Shown here: piece by piece, positions 58,333 through 64,000 of the stretch
Layout of the letters: every line of letters starts with the position of its first letter
How positions within the stretch are numbered: position 1 is the first letter of the stretch
Assembly (NCBI GenBank): GCA_965219085.1
Contig: OZ244720.1
Span: forward strand, 992,001-1,056,000
Source of the DNA: Dehalococcoidia bacterium
Lineage (GTDB): Bacteria > Chloroflexota > Dehalococcoidia > UBA2979
Reading direction: 5' to 3'
Length of the DNA: 64,000 nt
The notes under the pieces: generated by a model
The model's database searches: none
What the model saw: only the letters and a program-made list of their open reading frames with translations
Told to the model about the DNA's origin: nothing
Translations under genes and position numbers: made by a program

Positions 58333-58602
58333 TCAGCGCAGGCAATGGCAGGCGGTGCTGAGTTCGCCGTCCACGTCGCGCCCGGACCAGTCGATCAACT
58401 CCTGGCGGTCGAGCGAGCAGATCTTGATGTACTCGCCGGTGGTGTAGCGCTGTCCCCGCGTGGAGATCAGCTCGCAGGCCGCCACGTGGAGCACGATCGC
58501 CGTCGAAGGGGCCGGGCGGCGTCCGACGTTGAGCACGTAGCCCTCCGGATGCCACTGCGTCCAAGCCAGGTAGGCCTCGTCGGCGTCGACGAACATCTGC
58601 AT
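58333..58602 (-). CDS. Hypothetical 89-aa Cys/His-containing protein
   Basis: DEAYLAW..HPEGYVLN...LHVAAC...YIKICS...CHC; protein-like composition. Confidence 0.6.
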   Translation of the reverse strand: MQMFVDADEAYLAWTQWHPEGYVLNVGRRPAPSTAIVLHVAACELISTRGQRYTTGEYIKICSLDRQELIDWSGRDVDGELSTACHCLR

Positions 58603-58636
58603 CGAGCGACGCCGCGTAGGGCTCCCCCGCTCGCGA

Positions 58637-59731
58637 CTACATGGCCTCCCAGCGGTCGCTCAGCTTGGCGGCCACGGCCGGCATCGTCGTGTACTCCATC
58701 TCGTCGAGGGGCAGACGGTGCGGCTCGAACGGGCCGTGCTTGCGCAGGTAGTCGCTGATGTTGTTCGCCTCGGTGCGTGCGTTGTCGTACGAGGGGTCGT
58801 CGAACAGGTCGCGCGGGCCGATCAGCTTGCCTTCGGCGAGCTGGAAGCCGAGCGCGACGACGCGCGGCGGGCCGTCGAAGCGGGCCGGGTGCGCCTGCTC
58901 GACCGAGACCGGCATCCATGGGCCGTAGTGCGAGCCGCGCATGAAGCCCTCGACGGTCCACGCGGTCGTGAACGGCTCGATCACCTCGCCGACGGCGGGG
59001 AAGTTGCCCTGGCAGCGCACGATCGCCGTCGGGTCGTCCTTGCCGACGTAGCGGCCGGCGATGAGCGAGAGCTTGTCGGTGGAGGAGACGGCCGCGACCT
59101 CGCCGGTACTGCGGCTGCGCACGCGCTTCACGGCGTAGCGCGCCGGCGACCCGATGAAGACGAGCAGGTCGTACATCTCGTCCGGGCAGGAGAGCATGAT
59201 GCGCTTGCTCTCCTTGACGTCGTGGACCTCGAACTCGAAGCCCATGTGCAGCGACTCGGCGATGATCAGGCCGGCGGTGTTGAAGGGGTCGCCGAACATC
59301 TTGAAGAACGGCAGGTTGAACGACCCGGCCGAGGTCTTGTCGCCCATGAACACGATCACCGGCTCCGAGGGGCGCTCCTCGAGCTCCACCTCCGCCGAGC
59401 CGGGGCCGGCGCCGCGGATGTTGCCGGAGAAGGCGTCGACGAGGATGTCCTGGCCCGCGCCGTAGAGGTGCAGCTTCATCGCCACGTCGGTACCGATCTG
59501 GAACGTGTCCCAGGCGAGGCGGTGAATCGCCTCGTCGTCCTCGCCGCGGTCGTGCGACATGATCAGGAACAGGTCGTCGCCGCAGGAGTGGGCCTGCGCG
59601 TCGATCAGCAGCCCCGACTGCACGGCCTGCGCCAGCGACTCGCGCCCGGCGTCGAGGAGCTCGGGGTGCATGGCCGAGTGGCCGACAAAGCCGCCGACAT
59701 CCGCCTTGATCACGCTCAGGGTCTGGGGCAT
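58637..59731 (-). CDS. fbp: Fructose-1,6-bisphosphate aldolase/phosphatase (class V)
   Basis: TLSVIKADVGG..GH, GDDL, LYGAGQD, FSGNIRG, DPFNTAGL, YVGKDDP, MRGSHYGP, RFDGPPRV, MEYT. Confidence 0.95.
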   Translation of the reverse strand: MPQTLSVIKADVGGFVGHSAMHPELLDAGRESLAQAVQSGLLIDAQAHSCGDDLFLIMSHDRGEDDEAIHRLAWDTFQIGTDVAMKLHLYGAGQDILVDAFSGNIRGAGPGSAEVELEERPSEPVIVFMGDKTSAGSFNLPFFKMFGDPFNTAGLIIAESLHMGFEFEVHDVKESKRIMLSCPDEMYDLLVFIGSPARYAVKRVRSRSTGEVAAVSSTDKLSLIAGRYVGKDDPTAIVRCQGNFPAVGEVIEPFTTAWTVEGFMRGSHYGPWMPVSVEQAHPARFDGPPRVVALGFQLAEGKLIGPRDLFDDPSYDNARTEANNISDYLRKHGPFEPHRLPLDEMEYTTMPAVAAKLSDRWEAM

Positions 59732-59922
59732 CGCGTCCTCCGTCGTCGTGCCTCCGCCTCGCCGGGCGGCGGGCAACCTTGTGCGGTCTGGCCTCCTGGG
59801 AATGGGTACCCGTGGGCGACTCCGATACTACACGAGGGTCACGAACCGCCGAAGCGCCTACCTCCGCCATGGGTCGCACTACCCAATCACCTACGCCGCG
59901 CGCTCGATGCGACTGGGGTCCG

Positions 59923-60824
59923 TCAGACAGGCTGGCTCCCGAGATCCGGTATCAGATGAGAAGTAACAGAATCTACCGCATCAACGCAGGAATACAGCGT
60001 CTTCCTGACCGAACGCATAGTAGGGCCGTATCTCTCGATCGCCGCGATCTGCTCACTGCGCTTGGTGGAAAACACTTCGTCGCGAACGGATTCATTGGCC
60101 TCTGGATCGACGAAGTGGGCTTCCAAACGGAACTGCACGTTATCCTGGATATCAGCGCTTGGATCACCAAACGGAACTGCACGTTATCCTGGATATCAGC
60201 GCTTGGATCATCCACTGCTAACAGTAGCTCGCCTTTGTTCAGAAGCCACGTGCTTACTGTTACCATCGAATCCGGCTTGAGCGAGCTGACATCTCCAATC
60301 ATCGGTCCACCTGAATATCCAGCGGCCATGAGGAGATGTCTGTGCCTATCATGAATACTCATGATGTGAAGCAGCCACAGATCAAGCCCGTGCTGTGAAG
60401 GGCGCCACGGCTGGTATTGTAGGATTGCTTCCTGCGCTTCGAAGCTTACCCCTTTCAGAGCCCGGCCTTTGGCAATATCAAAGGCTGCTTGATCCCGGCA
60501 TATTGGATACGCATTGCCGCGATCGGGCTCTTGCCCATTGGCAATAACGAGTTGCCAGACTGTGTGATCCAGAGCGGATCTAAGATTGTATAGTACATCG
60601 CCTATATGTATCGCGTAGTCAATCGGGACAAATTCGTTGTCTCCTTCAACCAACCATATCTGTCGGGTAGACTCCACGTGGTGCACGATACGCTCGCGCT
60701 GCTTCTCGGCAAATCTTGTCAGCTCTGGATGCAATAGTCTCAGTTGCTCCCGCGCTCGCCTTATGCGACGTCGTATTCCTGTACTATCGTATGCGGCTCT
60801 ATCGTAAGACACGTATCGCCTCAT
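59923..60824 (-). pseudogene. Lower-GC hypothetical gene frameshifted by a 44-bp tandem duplication
   Basis: GDVLYNLRSALDH and HDRHR motifs; removing one repeat copy joins ...DNVQFRL to EAHFVDPE...GSQPV (ORF 59923-60138). Confidence 0.75.
60123..60210. repeat. Exact 2 x 44-bp tandem duplication
   Basis: CCAAACGGAACTGCACGTTATCCTGGATATCAGCGCTTGGATCA at 60123-60166 and 60167-60210. Confidence 0.97.
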
Positions 60825-60876
60825 TTCCGTCGACCGGCCGGTTCTTGCGCGGCCGTCGGTTCTACCCGCTCCACAG

Positions 60877-61578
60877 CTACGAACCGCCGAAGCGCCCCCG
60901 CAGCTCCCCCAGCACCGATTCGGCGAGCGGGAACGTCACCTCGCGCAGGTCGGCCGCGAGCCCTCCCCGATCGGCGAGGAAGGCGTCGAGGGCCTCGGCC
61001 GCCTCGAGGCCGCGCGTGCGGGCGTGCTCGTCGTCGAGGGCGCGGAAGCCCTGCAGCTTGCGCGGGCCTTCGCGCCCGCCCTCGGAGATGTACCAGTCGC
61101 GGAACGCGACCCCGCAGCCCACATCGAACAGCAGCGCGCCGAGCGGCGTCGCCACCGGCGGCACGCGTGCCGCCAATGCGCGCGCGGTGAGCGCGCGGGC
61201 AGCCGAGTCGTACTCGGCCATGAGGTGCCCGCCCGGCGGCACGACGCTTGCGAGGCGCTCGAACAGCGCGCGCTCCAGCTCCGGGGTGACGTCGAACGTT
61301 CCCCCGCTGTCGAGCGGGAGCGAGGTGAAGGAGTCGAGCACCTCGACCCAGTTGAAGCCGGGGTACGGCCCCGAGTTCTGTAGCCCGAACACCACCGGCG
61401 CCGTCGAGCGTCCGTCCGGCGTCACGAGGTAGCAGCGGAAGTACGTCGAGCCCACCGCGCTGCGCGGCCCGAGGCGCACGTCGAGCGTGACGCCGCCGCC
61501 GAGGTCCGCGCCGTCGAGCGGCGCGAGCGCGTGCCCGGGCGCGTCCGAGGCCTGCCGCCAGCGGTCGTCGGTCGTCAT
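60877..61578 (-). CDS. DUF1122 family protein
   Basis: PPGGHLMAEY, TPLG, FRDWYISEGGREGPRKLQG. Confidence 0.8.
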   Translation of the reverse strand: MTTDDRWRQASDAPGHALAPLDGADLGGGVTLDVRLGPRSAVGSTYFRCYLVTPDGRSTAPVVFGLQNSGPYPGFNWVEVLDSFTSLPLDSGGTFDVTPELERALFERLASVVPPGGHLMAEYDSAARALTARALAARVPPVATPLGALLFDVGCGVAFRDWYISEGGREGPRKLQGFRALDDEHARTRGLEAAEALDAFLADRGGLAADLREVTFPLAESVLGELRGRFGGS

Positions 61579-61583
61579 CGCGT

Positions 61584-62348
61584 TTACGCGGTCCTCGTGC
61601 GCAGTGCCCACAGCGCGAGCGTGGTGGTGATGGCTCCCAGTCCGAGCACCGATGCGAACGCGCCGGCGAGGTTGTCCCACTCCCAGCCATCGAGCGCGAG
61701 CGTGCGCATGCCTTCGAGCAGGTAGGTCACCGGGTTGATCGAGGCGAGGAACTCCATCCACGGGTCGAAGAACTCCTTCGGTGCGAACGCGGGCGAGAGG
61801 AACAGCAGCGGGAAGAAGATCAGGAACCCCGCCTGTGCGGCCTGCGCGTTCCCCGTGCGCAACCCGATCGCCACGCCGATCCCCGAATACGCCACACCGA
61901 ACAGCCCTGCCAGCGCGACGATCACGACGTAGCCGAGCGGTCCCGCCTCCAACCCGCCGCTGAAGATGGCGAGCACGGCGATGATGATCGACGTGAACGT
62001 CGCCGACCGGACGCCGTCCGCGATGAGCCGCCCGAGCACGATCGCCAGCCGTGGCATCGGCGTCAGCAGCAGCTTGTCGAAGTAGCCGCTCTCGATGTCC
62101 TTCACGATCGCCACGCCGGAGATGGCGGCAGCGCCCGCCACGCCCTGCGTGACCGCGACGGGGAGCTGGAACGCCTCGTAGTTCTCGATGCCGAACGCGG
62201 GGGCCGCGATGTTGCTGATCGCGCCGACGGTGACGAAGAAGAAGAACAGCGGGATGAAGAGGTTGCCCGCCTCGACGCCCGGTTGGCGGATCGTCTCCCG
62301 CACCGCCCGCCACGTCAGCTGGTACGTGCCCACCACGAGCGTGGTCAT
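61584..62348 (-). CDS. ABC-2 type exporter permease
   Basis: DIESGYFDKLLLTP, PLLFLSPAFAP, INPVTY; 6 TMs. Confidence 0.92.
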   Translation of the reverse strand: MTTLVVGTYQLTWRAVRETIRQPGVEAGNLFIPLFFFFVTVGAISNIAAPAFGIENYEAFQLPVAVTQGVAGAAAISGVAIVKDIESGYFDKLLLTPMPRLAIVLGRLIADGVRSATFTSIIIAVLAIFSGGLEAGPLGYVVIVALAGLFGVAYSGIGVAIGLRTGNAQAAQAGFLIFFPLLFLSPAFAPKEFFDPWMEFLASINPVTYLLEGMRTLALDGWEWDNLAGAFASVLGLGAITTTLALWALRTRTA

Positions 62349-63409
62349 GATGCCTCCTCCTCCCCGGCGTCGGGCGCCGGCACATCTTCCATTACGCGGG
62401 GATACCCCGCGGGCCCCACTGCGCCGGGATACCCCGCGGGTGCGTCGACTTCGAGGTGGCGGCCCGTCGCGCGCAAGAAGACGTCGTCGAGCGTCGGCTG
62501 CGCGAGCGTCACCTCGCGCACGTCAAGGCCGGCCTCCTGCACGACCGTGACGAGGCGGGCGATTGCCCGGCTGCCGTCGGCGATGTAGACGACGATCGCG
62601 TCGTCGAGCGTGCGCACCTCCTCGAGGCCCGGCAGCTCCTCAATGCGCAGCACGGCGCGGGCGACCGCGGTGCCGCCGTCATCCGCGTCGACGTGCATGG
62701 TGACCACGTCGGCGCCGATCGTCGCCTTCAGGCTCGCGGGCGATCCCTGCGCGACGATGCGACCGGCGTCGATGATCGCGACCTCGTCGGCGAGGCGGTC
62801 CGCCTCCTCCAGGTACTGCGTGGTGAGGAAGAACGTCACGCCCTCCCCGCGGTTGAGTTGCTCGACGTAGCGCCACAGCGCGTCACGGCTGATCGGGTCG
62901 AGCCCGCTCGTCGGCTCGTCGAGGAACACGATGCCCGGCCCGTGCACGAGCGCCGAGGCCAGGTCGAGCCGCCGCTGCATCCCGCCCGAGTACGTCCCGA
63001 TGCGCCGGTCCGCCGCGTCCTCGAGGTCGACGATAGCGAGCAACTCGGCCACGCGGGCCGCGATCTGCGAGCGCGGAACGCCGTGCAGGCGGCCCTGCAA
63101 CGTGAGCAGCTCGCGCCCGGTCTGGAGGTCGTCGAGGCCGGCCTCCTGCAGCGCGACGCCGATGCGCCGCCGCACCTCGGTGGGCTCGCGTTGCACGTCG
63201 AGGCCGTCGACGTAGGCGCGCCCGGCGGTGGGACGCAGCAGCGTGGTCAGCATGCGGATCGTCGTGGTCTTGCCGGAGCCGTTCGCGCCGAGGAAGCCGA
63301 ACACCTGCCCGCGCTCGACCGCGAGGTCGATGCCGTCGACGGCGCGGACGGCGGGGAAGCTCCGCACGAGTCCCTCGGCGCCGATCGCCGCGTCCGCAGC
63401 AGCCGTCAT
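62345..63409 (-). CDS. ABC exporter ATP-binding protein (DrrA-like)
   Basis: GANGSGKTT, YSGGMQRRL, FLDEPTSGLDP, LTTQYLEEAD, PTLDDVF. Confidence 0.95.
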   Translation of the reverse strand: MTAAADAAIGAEGLVRSFPAVRAVDGIDLAVERGQVFGFLGANGSGKTTTIRMLTTLLRPTAGRAYVDGLDVQREPTEVRRRIGVALQEAGLDDLQTGRELLTLQGRLHGVPRSQIAARVAELLAIVDLEDAADRRIGTYSGGMQRRLDLASALVHGPGIVFLDEPTSGLDPISRDALWRYVEQLNRGEGVTFFLTTQYLEEADRLADEVAIIDAGRIVAQGSPASLKATIGADVVTMHVDADDGGTAVARAVLRIEELPGLEEVRTLDDAIVVYIADGSRAIARLVTVVQEAGLDVREVTLAQPTLDDVFLRATGRHLEVDAPAGYPGAVGPAGYPRVMEDVPAPDAGEEEAS

Positions 63410-63858
63410 GTTCTGCCCTTCCACTCGAACCGGCACCCGCGCGCGGAGCGGGACGCACCCGTGCATCGTACGGCGGGGTGCGCGGTAGATATGAGCCGGG
63501 TGGGAACGGCTGCGAACGGACGCGAGGAACTCTACATGCTCATCGCAACCTGCGCGTCACCAACGTGGCCGCCTGAACGTCCAGCCCAACGCAGGTTCGG
63601 GGCGCGCGGGACCAGCCGGCTCGCCTCGATGATCGCCATCGGTGATCGCCTGTCCGACTTCGAGTACTCAGCCTGGCGCCCAGCGACGCATATTGGAGGG
63701 TGCTGCGTCGCCACCAGCCGTATACTGAGCGTTGTGCGCGGGAGGGGGTCAACCTCCGCCTGGCGATTCGGACCAAGGTGGACCAGAACCCGCATCCGCG
63801 GATGCGGGAAGGAGGCAAGTCTGAGCAGATAGCCCATGCACGGGAAAAGGGGGATTCC

Positions 63859-64000
63859 ATGCGAATCTTGACAGCGGCTCTCATGGCCGCAACAGCAATG
63901 CTTGCGCTAGCGTGCACCGACAACTCGGAGGAGATCGACGAACTGTCGGGGCAGATCTCGGCACTGTCGGCGCAGGTGTCGGCGCTGGAGACTGAGGTCC
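63859..64000 (+). CDS. Lipoprotein, N-terminal fragment (runs off window end)
   Basis: MRILTAALMAATAMLALAC lipobox followed by coiled-coil-like heptads; AGGGGG SD. Confidence 0.7.
   Translation, partial: MRILTAALMAATAMLALACTDNSEEIDELSGQISALSAQVSALETEV

Noticed and set aside
62395-62440. GGGATACCCCGCGGG direct repeat/palindrome
   Set aside because: Short in-frame duplication (PAGYP twice) in the ATPase tail; no evidence of a separate function

Overview
High-GC bacterial chromosome segment (roughly 70% GC by eye). It is most consistent with Chloroflexota, Dehalococcoidia-like (inference from F420 genes npdG/cofE, FBP aldolase/phosphatase, RicT/PSP1, Tat-lipoprotein family-5 SBP expansion and LuxR-TM fusions). 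NHL/RCC1 repeat proteins and a halogenase hint at a host-associated, possibly sponge-symbiont, lifestyle. The backbone is housekeeping: cobT-cobS-cobU, htrA, sppA, npdG-cofE, holA, ADP-forming acyl-CoA ligase, pth-mfd, tRNA-Pro(GGG), ricT-holB-lysA, mutY-like, tsaD, moaC, moaA-rdgB, fbp and an ABC-2 exporter. Small accessory inserts are interspersed: DUF433/DUF5615 and HicBA toxin-antitoxin pairs, a type II-like R-M pair, a decayed mgtE, and a lower-GC gene frameshifted by an exact 44-bp duplication. Most notable: (i) a c-di-AMP (ydaO-type) riboswitch in front of a 72-aa zinc-ribbon microprotein; (ii) four tandem, mosaic, permease-less Tat-lipoprotein SBP paralogues, each with its own terminator, divergent from a flavin-dependent halogenase that has a C-terminal winged-helix/RRE-like tail and a 7-codon coupled uORF; (iii) an NMT1-type ABC importer with an unexplained structured leader, joined head-to-head to F420 genes through three 47-bp hairpin repeats; (iv) a LuxR-HTH/TM/RCC1 one-component sensor and an NHL protein with a tandem unknown N-terminal domain; (v) apparent pseudo-enzymes (a triad-less trypsin-fold lipoprotein and a MutY lacking its catalytic Glu). 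No CRISPR array, integrase, transposase or rRNA was seen. All calls come from reading the sequence; no searches were run.
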